A stretch of 64,000 nt of DNA. Source: an uncultured bacterium (GTDB lineage Bacteria > Bacteroidota > Rhodothermia > Balneolales > DATFMH01). The translations under genes were made by a program, and so were the position numbers. The stretch covers positions 326,776-390,775 of the forward strand of contig CAWANF010000001.1 of the NCBI GenBank assembly GCA_963783355.1, in the 5' to 3' direction. The notes beneath the pieces were generated by a model. It saw only the letters and a list, made by a program, of their open reading frames with translations. It was not told where the DNA came from and did no database searches. Below, in pieces: positions 46,218 through 56,141 of the stretch. How positions within the stretch are numbered: position 1 is the first letter of the stretch; each line of letters opens with the position of its first letter.

Positions 46218-47501
46218 ATGAAGGTAAATAAGGATCAATTAGCTGAGGAAAATAAGAAGGTTACTCAAGTACATCAGGAAGAATACCAATTACTTTCTGA
46301 TCGATTGGTAAAAAAAGGGTTTATTCCTGATGAGTTAATTAATAAGATAAATGCACTGCAAATTGCCGTGCCCAGTTGGGCATTGGGAGCAGGTGGCACC
46401 CGTTTTGCCCGTTTTCCGATGAAAGGTGAACCGGCGAGCCTTGAAGATAAAATCGAAGATGTCGGATTATTACATGCTTTGAGTGCATCTTGTAATGCTA
46501 TTTCATTACACATCCCTTGGGATATTCCCGAAAATGCAGATGCGATTAAGAATTTAGCTTCTTCCTTCGGATTGAAGTTTGATGCGGTTAATTCCAATAC
46601 GTTCCAGGATCAAAAAGATCAGGAGTTATCTTACAAATATGGTTCCCTGGCCCATACCGATAAGGCCGTTAGAAAACAAGCTGTTCAACATAATATTGAA
46701 GTTATAAAATATGGCGAATTATTAGGATCGAAAGCATTAACGGTTTGGCTTGCAGATGGTTCCTGTTTCCCCGGACAGCTAAATTTTAAAAAGGCATTTA
46801 AGCGGACACTCGACTCGCTGCAAGAAATTTATGAACAATTGCCTTCCGACTGGAAAGTCTTTATTGAATATAAACCCTATGAACCAAATTTTTATTCCAC
46901 GGTGATACAGGATTGGGGAACATCCTTCATGATGGCTTCTAAATTAGGGAAAAAAGCTTTCACGCTTGTAGACCTGGGACATCATCTGCCAAATACGAAC
47001 ATTGAACAAATAGTGGCAACCCTGATGATGGAAGGGAAACTGGGTGGATTCCATTTTAATGATTCAAAATACGGGGATGACGATTTAACGGTGGGCTCCA
47101 TTAAACCTTACCAGCTATTTTTGATTTTTAATGAACTGGTTGATGGTATGCAGGATCCTCTTTCTACGAATCCCGATTTAGCCTGGATGATTGATGCTTC
47201 TCATAATGTGAAAGATCCCCTGGAAGATTTGCTTCAGTCTATTGAAGCGATTAATATAGCTTACGCACGTGCATTGCTCGTGGATCGTTCATTATTGCAG
47301 GATTACCAGGAAAGGAATGATCCGGTTAAAACCCAGGAATTATTACAGGATGCTTTCCGGACTGATGTCCGGCCGTTATTGCGGGAAGCACGATTACGTG
47401 TAGGAGCTGCAATGTATCCGATCGATACCTACCGCTCGATAGGTGTACGTGCTGAACTAAAAAAATCACGGGGTGAATTTTCAGTAGCTACCGGACTTTA
47501 A
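46218..47501 (+). CDS. rhaI: L-rhamnose isomerase, Pseudomonas stutzeri-type (RhaI)
   Basis: Long collinear matches to the known enzyme: VPSWALGAGGTRFARFP, SLHIPWD, SYKYGSLAHT, GSKALTVWLADGS.FPGQ, YEPNFYSTVIQDWGT, VDLGHHLPNTNIE, GKLGGFHFNDSKYGDDDL. Confidence 0.9.
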   Translation: MKVNKDQLAEENKKVTQVHQEEYQLLSDRLVKKGFIPDELINKINALQIAVPSWALGAGGTRFARFPMKGEPASLEDKIEDVGLLHALSASCNAISLHIPWDIPENADAIKNLASSFGLKFDAVNSNTFQDQKDQELSYKYGSLAHTDKAVRKQAVQHNIEVIKYGELLGSKALTVWLADGSCFPGQLNFKKAFKRTLDSLQEIYEQLPSDWKVFIEYKPYEPNFYSTVIQDWGTSFMMASKLGKKAFTLVDLGHHLPNTNIEQIVATLMMEGKLGGFHFNDSKYGDDDLTVGSIKPYQLFLIFNELVDGMQDPLSTNPDLAWMIDASHNVKDPLEDLLQSIEAINIAYARALLVDRSLLQDYQERNDPVKTQELLQDAFRTDVRPLLREARLRVGAAMYPIDTYRSIGVRAELKKSRGEFSVATGL

Positions 47502-47514
47502 ATTCTAAGAAATT

Positions 47515-48954
47515 ATGGGTGATGACAATCTGGTAACAGCGATTTTCGATATTGGGAAAACCAACAAAAAATTCCTGCTATTTGATCAAAATTATACCCT
47601 CCTATATAAACAGGATACGCATATTCCACAGGTAACCGACGACGACGGGGATGCCTGCGAGGATATTTCATTGCTGATAGATTGGATGATGGATGTTTTC
47701 CGACAGTCTCTATCGGACAGCAGGTTTTCAATCAGGGCTTTGAATTTTTCGACTTATGGCGCTACAATGGTCCATATTGATGAGAAAGGAGAACGGGTTA
47801 CACCTGCTTATGATTATTTCAAGCCATTTCCTGAAGAACTTCTGCAAAACTTTTATTCCGAATATGGGGGAAAAGAACAATTTGCTTTAAAAACGGCTTC
47901 TCCTCCAATGGGAATGTTAAATTCCGGACTTCAATTGTATTGGCTTAAATATCGAAAGCCGGAAATTTTTGATCGTATAGCAAATAGTTTGCACTTCCCA
48001 CAATATCTCAGTTATTTATTTACGCATAAATCTTATACCGAGATGACCAGCATTGGCTGTCATACCGGACTTTGGGATTTTCAAAAGAAAGATTATCACG
48101 ATTGGGTTTATAAAGAGTCGTGCCGGGGAAAACTTCCGGAAATTGTACCCGTCTCAGATAGAACGGATATTTCATATCACGGAAATAATTTTTCCGTGGG
48201 GATTGGTATTCATGATAGTTCGGCATCACTCGCTCCCTATTTGTATCTGTTTCGGGAGCCCTTTATTCTGGTTTCAACAGGTACGTGGAGTATTTCATTA
48301 AATCCCTTCAACAAAAATCAGCTGACCATTGGGGAATTGGGGAAAGATTGCCTGAACTATATGAATATCAATGATGGTATGGTCAGGGCATCACGATTTT
48401 TATTGGGCAAAGAATATGATCACCAAAAGGAAAAATTAATAAAGTATTTTGATATTGCCCCCGACAAGGCAGAGATCGATTTGAATTTTTCCATATTGAA
48501 GAAACTCGTAGAGAATATTAACCAAGAACGGAAGCTGAAACTGGAAACGGTCGCCAATACAGGTCCGTATCCGCAAACCGGAAACCGGGAATGGAATCCG
48601 TCATTATTTCAATCTTATGAGGAAGCATATCATCAATTGCTGCTCGATTTAGTTTCTATCCAATCCGATTCAATAAATCTGACCAGTGGAAATGAAGATA
48701 TTTCCAATATTTTCGTTACGGGGGGATTCAGTAAAAATTATTTATTTATGAAATTGTTGGCTTCCAAATTCCCCGAAAAGAAGGTGTTTACTGTGAATTT
48801 GTCCGACTCAACAGCTCTGGGTACGGCAATGGTCGTCAATCAAAATGACGTCAATGCAAAAAGTATGGATGATTTGAACTTATTGGAAATGAAACAATTT
48901 CATCCATTGGAAGGAATCTCTCTGAATAAATATAACTGGTGCAAAGAAATGTAA
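47515..48954 (+). CDS. FGGY-family carbohydrate kinase (probable rhamnulokinase)
   Basis: 479 aa with an N-terminal phosphate-1 motif (AIFDIGKTNKKFLLFD), then GIHDSSASL and VTGGFSKN. The gene is adjacent to rhaI. Confidence 0.7.
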   Translation: MGDDNLVTAIFDIGKTNKKFLLFDQNYTLLYKQDTHIPQVTDDDGDACEDISLLIDWMMDVFRQSLSDSRFSIRALNFSTYGATMVHIDEKGERVTPAYDYFKPFPEELLQNFYSEYGGKEQFALKTASPPMGMLNSGLQLYWLKYRKPEIFDRIANSLHFPQYLSYLFTHKSYTEMTSIGCHTGLWDFQKKDYHDWVYKESCRGKLPEIVPVSDRTDISYHGNNFSVGIGIHDSSASLAPYLYLFREPFILVSTGTWSISLNPFNKNQLTIGELGKDCLNYMNINDGMVRASRFLLGKEYDHQKEKLIKYFDIAPDKAEIDLNFSILKKLVENINQERKLKLETVANTGPYPQTGNREWNPSLFQSYEEAYHQLLLDLVSIQSDSINLTSGNEDISNIFVTGGFSKNYLFMKLLASKFPEKKVFTVNLSDSTALGTAMVVNQNDVNAKSMDDLNLLEMKQFHPLEGISLNKYNWCKEM

Positions 48955-48972
48955 AGTCAGGTAAGGCGTTAA

Positions 48973-49935
48973 CTAATCGTTAACAAGTCGTTTTGCGGTA
49001 AGTACGTCTGTAATTAACACATTAATATATCCGCTTTTTAGCGCTCCCAAAATGGCTTCATATTTTTGACTTCCGCCGGCTATAGTAATAACATTTTCGA
49101 TTTTTTTAAGTTCCGGCAAACTAATTCCAATCAATTTGTCTTCCAGGCTGCTTACAACTTTTTCGCCATTTTTATTGAAGAAACGAAGACTTATATCGCC
49201 AACAGCATCTCTTTCGATAAGCTCCTTGTAAATTTTTGATGAAATGACGCGATTGTACAGTACGGAGTTAGTCGAGAGAGCGCCAATGCCAACAATAGCT
49301 TTTGTGATTTTAGGAAAGATGTTTATTGCTGAATGGACCAAAGAATCAGCAAGAAAGGCCTTTTTTGATTCGGCATTGCTCACAATTCCCGGGGCCGGCA
49401 ATAAGGTCAATCGCCCATAAAATAATTGGGCAATCCTTCTTGATAAATCAGCGGCATGGGCCTTTGCCTCAGGCAGACCAACGCCGCCAAGTAATTGGAC
49501 AACATGTAAATCATCGAGCTGCTGTGGCTGTAAATGTTCAACCAATGCCTGAAGAGTTGTTCCCCACGCAACACCAAGTACATCACCGTTAGTAATGGTT
49601 CTGTGCAGATAGTTTGCTGCTACATTTCCTAACTGATTTTTTATTATACGCTCATTCGTTGAATACGATGTTTGATCAACATTTACGATGATAGCTTCTT
49701 TAAGGTTAAACCTTTTTTCGATTTGTGTTTCGAGGTCAACAAAATTATCATCTGAATACATTACCGTAATTTTAACTATACCGCGCTCACGGGCTACTTT
49801 CAATAATCGAGATACTTTGGGTCGTGAAAGATTTAACCTATTGGCAATCTCAAGCTGACTTAAATTATTATGATAATAAAGCGAACTTATTTTGCTGATC
49901 AGTCGAAGATCGATAGTTTCAGTTGGTCTTGGCAT
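48973..49935 (-). CDS. SorC/DeoR-type sugar-binding transcriptional regulator
   Basis: N-terminal HTH LSQLEIANRLNLSRPKVSRLLKVARERGIVKI followed by a SorC sugar-binding domain (GVAWGTTL...). The gene is convergent with the rhamnose cluster. Confidence 0.85.
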   Translation of the reverse strand: MPRPTETIDLRLISKISSLYYHNNLSQLEIANRLNLSRPKVSRLLKVARERGIVKITVMYSDDNFVDLETQIEKRFNLKEAIIVNVDQTSYSTNERIIKNQLGNVAANYLHRTITNGDVLGVAWGTTLQALVEHLQPQQLDDLHVVQLLGGVGLPEAKAHAADLSRRIAQLFYGRLTLLPAPGIVSNAESKKAFLADSLVHSAINIFPKITKAIVGIGALSTNSVLYNRVISSKIYKELIERDAVGDISLRFFNKNGEKVVSSLEDKLIGISLPELKKIENVITIAGGSQKYEAILGALKSGYINVLITDVLTAKRLVND

Positions 49936-50275
49936 AAATATTAAAAATATTATTTGAATGTAGTGTAATAATGTAAAAAATAATCTGTCATTTTTTATTC
50001 AGATATTTCGTTTGCATTTCCTGATCAAGCCTGTGAATGGTATTAAAATTTAAACAAGAATGGGATTTATTATTAGTTACGACCTAATGAGAATATCGAG
50101 AAAAAAAAAGTTATGAAGCCTATATAAAAAGTAAATGGGACCCTGATGGAAATATCTTGACTGTGCTGATAGCTGAAAAAAATCTCAAATTTGTTGGGAC
50201 ATGGGCTACTGTATTATTTTGTAATCGGCTGGAGTCGATTGACTGACTTTAGGATTAACAAAAAATAGATGATAA

Positions 50276-50952
50276 AGTTCGGGATATAGAAAGACATTAT
50301 ATGACGGAGATTTTCAGAATATATCCACAAAAGCCGGAAATAATGGTGCGAGCCATAATCATAATGATATTGGAAATTATATCGTCTACTTCGATGGTGA
50401 ACCTGTTTTGATTGATGCCGGTTCTTTGACATATACGGCCAAAACGTTTAGTAACCGGCGGTATGAAATTTGGAATAATCAGTCGGCTTACTATAATCTG
50501 CCAACAATAAATGGGTGATGCAGCATGCCGGACAACGATTTACTGCTATGGATGTGTATTACTTTAAAAATAACCGGGAAGCAGGTTTGAATATGAATAT
50601 TGCGAAAGCCTATCCGGAGAAAGCCATGGTCGGGTCTTGGGATAGAAATATCATTTTGCATCGTGGTAAGAATGTGGTAATAACAGAAAAGTATGTCCTT
50701 GAAAAATGCAAAATGCCGCCTGCGGAGAATTTTCTGACTCCCCTGAAACCAGATTTAAATAAACCAGGGAGCATTGTTTTAATCGATACGGTAAGGAACC
50801 GTATGAATTCTGTACACTATAACTCAAAAGAATTCAAGGCTTCAAAAGAAAAGATATACATAAATGATGATCGAATGAGTAAGATCTGGGGGCATCATTT
50901 ATACCGGGTGGTTTTGCATTCAAATAACCATGCCTTGCATGCTTCTTTTTAA
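50276..50952 (+). pseudogene. Heparinase II/III-family protein, C-terminal remnant with a frameshift
   Basis: Frame A (50276-50518) reads ...KAGNNGASHNHNDIGNYIVYFDGEPVLIDAGSLTYTAKTFSNRRYEIWNNQSAYYNLPTING*. Another frame continues from 50515 (MQHAGQRFTA...). The roughly 400 N-terminal residues expected for the family are absent. Confidence 0.6.
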
Positions 50953-51108
50953 AATTACCATAACTTCATAAAATTTAAATATCAGGCCTGGAATGTTTAA
51001 AAACACCATTTCGGAATAACAGAACATACTATTGTTTCCCTGCGAAAATTAATATGTCTATCTTCAAGACTCAGCTAAATACATTTTATAAAGGAAAAAA
51101 TCAGAATC

Positions 51109-53520
51109 ATGATCGCCTTACTACTCACGTTATTAATATTTCCCCTGACCCATTTTCAAAGTGTTAAACCCAATAAAAAAGATTTCATGCAGCCCGATTC
51201 ATCCATCTATCACAAAGGATGGATCGATTTAAACAAGAATGGGAAGATGGATCCTTACGAGAATCCAAAGCTTCCCATTGAAAAACGAATCGACGATCTC
51301 ATCAGCCGGATGACACTCAACGAGAAAACGGCACAAATGGTGACATTATACGGTTCCGGTCGAGTTTTACAGGATTCACTGCCTACGCCTGAATGGCTGC
51401 ATAAACCATGGAAAGATGGGGTTGCTAATATCGATGAGGAGCTGAATAACCTGGCTTATCATCCCGAAGCCAATACTTCGCTGGCCTGGCCACCGTCCCG
51501 TCATGCTAAAGCTATTAATACCATTCAGCGTTTTTTTATTGAAAAAACGAGACTTGGCATACCCGTAGATTTTACGAACGAGGGAATCAGCGGACTAAAC
51601 AGTGAAAAAGCCACAAGCTTTCCGGTTGAGATCGGACAAGGGGCTACCTGGGATCCTGAACTGATACATGAAATCGGAGAGGTTGAAGGGAGTGAGGCCA
51701 AAGCTTTAGGATATACCAATATTTATTCCCCGGAACTCGATGTGACCCGTGACCCCCGCTGGGGACGTACTGTAGCTACATATGGTGAAGATCCTTATCT
51801 GATAAGTAAGATAGGTGTTCAAATGGTTACAGGACTGCAAAGTGAAGGCGTGGTATCGACCTTAAAACATTTTGCCGTTTATAGTGTGCCAAAAGGGGGC
51901 CGTGATGGCGACGTTCGTACGGATCCTCATGTAACCCTGCGAGAAGTTAAAACCATTCTGCTGCCTCCATTCAAAGAGGCCGTGGAAGCCGGGGCATTGG
52001 GAGTCATGAGTTCATACAATTATTATGATGGCATTCCAATAACGGGAAGTTATCACTATCTAACCCAAATCCTTCGCCAGCGGTGGGGTTTCAAAGGGTA
52101 TATTGTGACAGATAGCGGAGCGCTCAAGTTTATCTATTCAAAATATCATGTACAGCCTAATTTTAGTGGAGCAGTTAAGCAGGCCGTAGAAGCCGGAGTG
52201 GATGTTCGCACAGATTTTGAAAAACCATCTGTGTACCTGGATCCGCTTCGGAAATTGGTGGAAGATGGAGAATTGCCCATTAGTGTGATTAACAAACGGG
52301 TGCGGGAAGTGCTCTATGTGAAATATAAACTGGGCTTATTTGATCATCCCTATGTTGATGTAAGAGCAGCTGATCATTTAGTAAGAACCCATCAATCGTT
52401 GAAACTTTCCCTGCGTGCAGCTGAAGAATCTTTAGTTTTATTGAAAAATGATCATAATATTCTGCCGCTAAACAAACATAAGATTCATTCTATTCTTGTA
52501 GCCGGTGCCAATGCAACCGAGATTAATCATTCCATCAGGCGGTACGGTCCTTCAAAAATACCGGTAATTTCAACGCTTGAAGGAATAAAACAGGCCGTTG
52601 GAAAGAATGTTACAGTGCGTTATGTGAAAGGTCCTGAAGTGACCGATGCTGACTGGCCCGAAAGTGATATTATGGATACTCCTCTTAGCAGCAAGGAGAA
52701 AAGTGAAATTGCGAAAGCCGTACGGGAAGCCAAACATTCGGATGCAGCGGTTGTCGTCGTAGGCGGGAACCGGAAAACGGTTGGCGAAAGCCGGTCACGT
52801 GTGAGTTTGAATCTGTCGGGACATCAGCTGGCACTGGTTAAAGCGGTTTATAATACAGGAACTCCTACAATAGTTGTATTAATTAATGGCCGGCCGTTAT
52901 CTATTAACTGGATAAATGCTCATGTTCCGGGAATTCTGGAAGCCTGGTTTCCCGGTGAAATGGAAGGAAAGGCTATTGCGAACGCCTTGTTTGGAGACTA
53001 TAATCCCGGAGGAAAATTACCCATTACTTTCCCGAAGACGGTTGGACAAATCCCTTTGAATTTTCCGTATATGCCGTCAAGTCAAAAATATTTCACAGAC
53101 CGTCCGGTCAGAGCCAGAGTAACGGGGCCATTATATCCTTTTGGCTATGGCCTTAGCTATACCCATTTTAAATTCTCAGATCTAACAATTTCACCTCAAA
53201 AACAACATACCGGTGGTTTGATTCATGTGAGCATGAAAGTGACCAATACCGGTTCTCGTCAGGGAGATGAGGTCGTTCAATTATATCTGCATGAGCGGGT
53301 TACTCCCGTTGTCGTACCGGTGGAAGAATTGCGGGGTTTCAGAAGAATCAGTCTCGAACCAGGTGAAACAAAAACGGTTGACTTTACATTGAGTCCCAAA
53401 GATTTGCAGTTATTAAACCAGTATAATCAATGGCAGGTCGTTCCGGGAACATTTGACATCATGATTGGAAATTCCTCGACGGATATCCGTTTAAAAAGCA
53501 GCTTTCAGATAGTTTCTTAA
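51109..53520 (+). CDS. Glycoside hydrolase family 3 (beta-glucosidase/xylosidase-like)
   Basis: 803 aa with a signal peptide, RWGR, KHFAVYS, GYIVTDSGAL (the nucleophile Asp context), a C-terminal GH3 domain and an Fn3-like end (GDEVVQLYLHE...LRGFRRISLEPGETKTVDF). Confidence 0.9.
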   Translation: MIALLLTLLIFPLTHFQSVKPNKKDFMQPDSSIYHKGWIDLNKNGKMDPYENPKLPIEKRIDDLISRMTLNEKTAQMVTLYGSGRVLQDSLPTPEWLHKPWKDGVANIDEELNNLAYHPEANTSLAWPPSRHAKAINTIQRFFIEKTRLGIPVDFTNEGISGLNSEKATSFPVEIGQGATWDPELIHEIGEVEGSEAKALGYTNIYSPELDVTRDPRWGRTVATYGEDPYLISKIGVQMVTGLQSEGVVSTLKHFAVYSVPKGGRDGDVRTDPHVTLREVKTILLPPFKEAVEAGALGVMSSYNYYDGIPITGSYHYLTQILRQRWGFKGYIVTDSGALKFIYSKYHVQPNFSGAVKQAVEAGVDVRTDFEKPSVYLDPLRKLVEDGELPISVINKRVREVLYVKYKLGLFDHPYVDVRAADHLVRTHQSLKLSLRAAEESLVLLKNDHNILPLNKHKIHSILVAGANATEINHSIRRYGPSKIPVISTLEGIKQAVGKNVTVRYVKGPEVTDADWPESDIMDTPLSSKEKSEIAKAVREAKHSDAAVVVVGGNRKTVGESRSRVSLNLSGHQLALVKAVYNTGTPTIVVLINGRPLSINWINAHVPGILEAWFPGEMEGKAIANALFGDYNPGGKLPITFPKTVGQIPLNFPYMPSSQKYFTDRPVRARVTGPLYPFGYGLSYTHFKFSDLTISPQKQHTGGLIHVSMKVTNTGSRQGDEVVQLYLHERVTPVVVPVEELRGFRRISLEPGETKTVDFTLSPKDLQLLNQYNQWQVVPGTFDIMIGNSSTDIRLKSSFQIVS

Positions 53521-53663
53521 TCTTGTTTCAGAGACAAAGAATAAGAATAAGTTATATTGTTCTGGTTTTTGTCTCTTACTATTTGTGGAACAGGAGGTAA
53601 AAAACAAGCATTATGATAAGCTGCTTTAAAAAAATTACTTATGAAATGAAGGAGATAAAATAA

Positions 53664-54506
53664 ATGAAATTAGCTACACTCAAAGATGATCGTTTGGTCG
53701 CTGTTGTGAATAATCAGGCAATCCCATTAAACCGATACGGATTTGATGGATCCATGCTTGACTTGATTCTGGCTGGAGACGACCAGATAAAATCACTTTC
53801 TGATTCTGTAAAAAATGAAAACAATGGTGAGTCCATTACGTCAAAAGATTACGACGCGCCGCTGAAACATCCATCGAAAATTGTGGCTATCGGTCTTAAT
53901 TATGTGGATCACGCTTCGGAATCCAAAATGGAATTGCCCAAACATCCATTGGTCTTCGCCAAATTTCCAAGTTCTATCATTTCGGCTACCGATCCGGTCC
54001 TTATTCCGGAGAAGATAACAGATCAGGTGGATTATGAAGTAGAGTTAGGCGTGATCATCGGTAAAAAGGCGAAAAATGTGAAAAAGGAGGACGCCTTAAA
54101 TTATGTTTTTGGTTACACCGTATTGAATGATGTTTCTGCCCGGGATCTTCAATTTGAAGATGGTCAATGGGTTCGTGCCAAATCACTTGATACCTTTTGC
54201 CCGTTAGGTCCCGTCATAGTTACGGTTGATGAAATCACTGATCCACAAAAATTAAATGTAGGTTGCAGTGTCAATGGTGAGACCCTTCAAAATGCCAATA
54301 CAAAAGATATGATATTCGGTGTCGCTGATATTATTTCAAAACTTTCTCATTCCTTCACTTTTGAACCTGGTGATATTATTGCGACAGGAACACCCAGCGG
54401 TGTGGGTTTAGGTCGTAAACCTCCATTCTATATGAAACCCGGTGATGTTATGAAAACATGGATTGAAGGTATTGGAGAAATGATAAACCCAATTGAAAAA
54501 GCGTAA
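53664..54506 (+). CDS. Fumarylacetoacetate hydrolase (FAH) family protein
   Basis: KIVAIGLNYVDH, DYEVELGVIIGK, VLNDVSARDLQ, GDIIATGTPSGVG. GAAGGAG precedes the ATG. Confidence 0.85.
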   Translation: MKLATLKDDRLVAVVNNQAIPLNRYGFDGSMLDLILAGDDQIKSLSDSVKNENNGESITSKDYDAPLKHPSKIVAIGLNYVDHASESKMELPKHPLVFAKFPSSIISATDPVLIPEKITDQVDYEVELGVIIGKKAKNVKKEDALNYVFGYTVLNDVSARDLQFEDGQWVRAKSLDTFCPLGPVIVTVDEITDPQKLNVGCSVNGETLQNANTKDMIFGVADIISKLSHSFTFEPGDIIATGTPSGVGLGRKPPFYMKPGDVMKTWIEGIGEMINPIEKA

Positions 54507-54512
54507 GAAATT

Positions 54513-55268
54513 ATGGACAGACTTAAAGATAAACGTGTCATTGTAACCGGAGCGGCATCAGGAATCGGTGAGGCTATTGCAAGCCGGTTTGCAGAAGAAG
54601 GAGCCCGGGTTTTGGTTGCTGATATCAACGAAGAAGCAGCGAAAAAAACGGCACAAAAGATAGGATCACTTGCAACAGGAATCTCTCTGGACGTTACAAA
54701 TTCAGCGCAAGTTGAATTTGTGGTAAACAAAGCGACAGAGCTATGGGGCGGATTGGATATTATGGTAAATAACGCCGGAGTTGGAGTGGCAGCAAAAACA
54801 GCTGAGACCAGTGAAGAGGACTGGCAGCGGGTTATCGACGTTTGTATGAAAGGGACGTTTTTAGGAATGAAGTACGCGATACCTGTGATGCAGAAGCAGA
54901 AAAGCGGTTCGATAATCAATATGGCATCCGTTGCGTCGATTGTGGGCGTTCCGGATCGGGCTGCTTATTGTGCGGCTAAAGGCGGCGTTATGTCATTAAC
55001 CCGTGCTGCCGCTGTGGATCATGCCGGCGACGGACTTCGGATAAATTGCATTGCTCCCGGAACGGTGGATACTCCATGGGTACAACGAATTACCGAGAAT
55101 TATGAAGACCCGGAAGCAGCTCGTACTGCCATGAAAGCACGTCAGCCGCATGGCAGACTGGTTTCCCCGGAAGAAGTAGCGGCTATGGCCGTTTATCTTG
55201 CATCGGACGAGGCTGGTTCAACCAACGGTTCTGTGATGGTAGTTGATGGAGGCTGGACTGCCCGCTAA
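54513..55268 (+). CDS. Short-chain dehydrogenase/reductase (SDR)
   Basis: VIVTGAASGIGEA (T-G-x3-G-x-G), NNAG, and the catalytic Y-x3-K in YCAAKGG. Confidence 0.85.
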   Translation: MDRLKDKRVIVTGAASGIGEAIASRFAEEGARVLVADINEEAAKKTAQKIGSLATGISLDVTNSAQVEFVVNKATELWGGLDIMVNNAGVGVAAKTAETSEEDWQRVIDVCMKGTFLGMKYAIPVMQKQKSGSIINMASVASIVGVPDRAAYCAAKGGVMSLTRAAAVDHAGDGLRINCIAPGTVDTPWVQRITENYEDPEAARTAMKARQPHGRLVSPEEVAAMAVYLASDEAGSTNGSVMVVDGGWTAR

Positions 55269-55279
55269 AAAATGGTTTT

Positions 55280-56116
55280 ATGACGAAAATTGACGCGCAT
55301 CAGCATTTTTGGCATTATAATCCGGTTGATTATGACTGGATAAGTGATGAAATGCCGGTTCTTAGAAAAGACCGGCTTCCCGGGGATCTATATCCCGAAT
55401 TGAAGAAGTCGGGTTTTGATGGATGTGTAACCGTTCAGGCAAGACAAACCAGGGGTGAAACTGACTTTTTAGTAAAGTTGGCTAATGAAAATTCATTAAT
55501 TAAAGGAGTGGTTGGCTGGCTGGATTTGTGTTCCGATCAAATAGAAAAGGACCTGGAAGAAATTGCAAATTTACCCAAAGTTTGTGGTTTGCGTCATGTA
55601 GTACAGGATGAACCGGATACCGAATATTTACTGCGGAAGGATTTCAAACGGGGTATATCAGAATTGAGGCATTTTGATCTTTGTTATGATATCCTGATAT
55701 ATCCCAAACATTTACCGGTGGCTGTTGAATTTGTCGATGCTTTCCCGGACCAGAAATTTGTCCTGGATCATATCGCAAAACCTTTAATTAAAGATCGCAT
55801 TTTGAGTCCATGGAACACGCATATAAAACAACTGGCACAACGACCGAATGTGTATTGTAAACTTTCGGGAATGGTCACGGAAACGACATGGCATGGCTGG
55901 GAAGCAGATGATTTTACGCCATACCTTGATGTTGTATTTGAAGCTTTCGGAACAGAGCGGCTTATGGTCGGATCCGACTGGCCGGTATGTACCCTGGCAG
56001 GTTCTTATTCGGAAGTCATCGATATTGTAGAACGATATACAAATTCATTTTCTGAACAGGAGAAAGAAAATATTTTTGGTAGAAATGCCATTCGGTTTTA
56101 TGGTCTGGAATTATAA
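55280..56116 (+). CDS. Amidohydrolase_2 family protein (sugar lactonase-like, e.g. L-fucono/rhamnono-lactonase type)
   Basis: 278 aa. IDAHQHFW at the N-terminus (the metal-binding H-x-H), then LDHIAKP, and a final GSDWPV motif. Confidence 0.75.
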   Translation: MTKIDAHQHFWHYNPVDYDWISDEMPVLRKDRLPGDLYPELKKSGFDGCVTVQARQTRGETDFLVKLANENSLIKGVVGWLDLCSDQIEKDLEEIANLPKVCGLRHVVQDEPDTEYLLRKDFKRGISELRHFDLCYDILIYPKHLPVAVEFVDAFPDQKFVLDHIAKPLIKDRILSPWNTHIKQLAQRPNVYCKLSGMVTETTWHGWEADDFTPYLDVVFEAFGTERLMVGSDWPVCTLAGSYSEVIDIVERYTNSFSEQEKENIFGRNAIRFYGLEL

Positions 56117-56141
56117 CTGAAATTTTTAAACGATTAGCACA

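Noticed and set aside
54428-54919. 163-aa ORF antisense to the FAH and SDR genes
   Set aside because: It lies mostly opposite a strongly supported SDR gene, with its 3' end opposite the FAH gene end. Its Ala/Ser/Thr/Pro-rich composition is typical of antisense frames. The same reasoning applies to other long antisense or overlapping ORFs in the track, for example 36798..37214, 37403..37804 and 38346..38732 (opposite copA), 42846..43379 (alternative frame within the permease), 19984..20340 (opposite the BNR gene), 34133..34818 (opposite the ATP-grasp gene) and 28183..28539 (opposite TolC).
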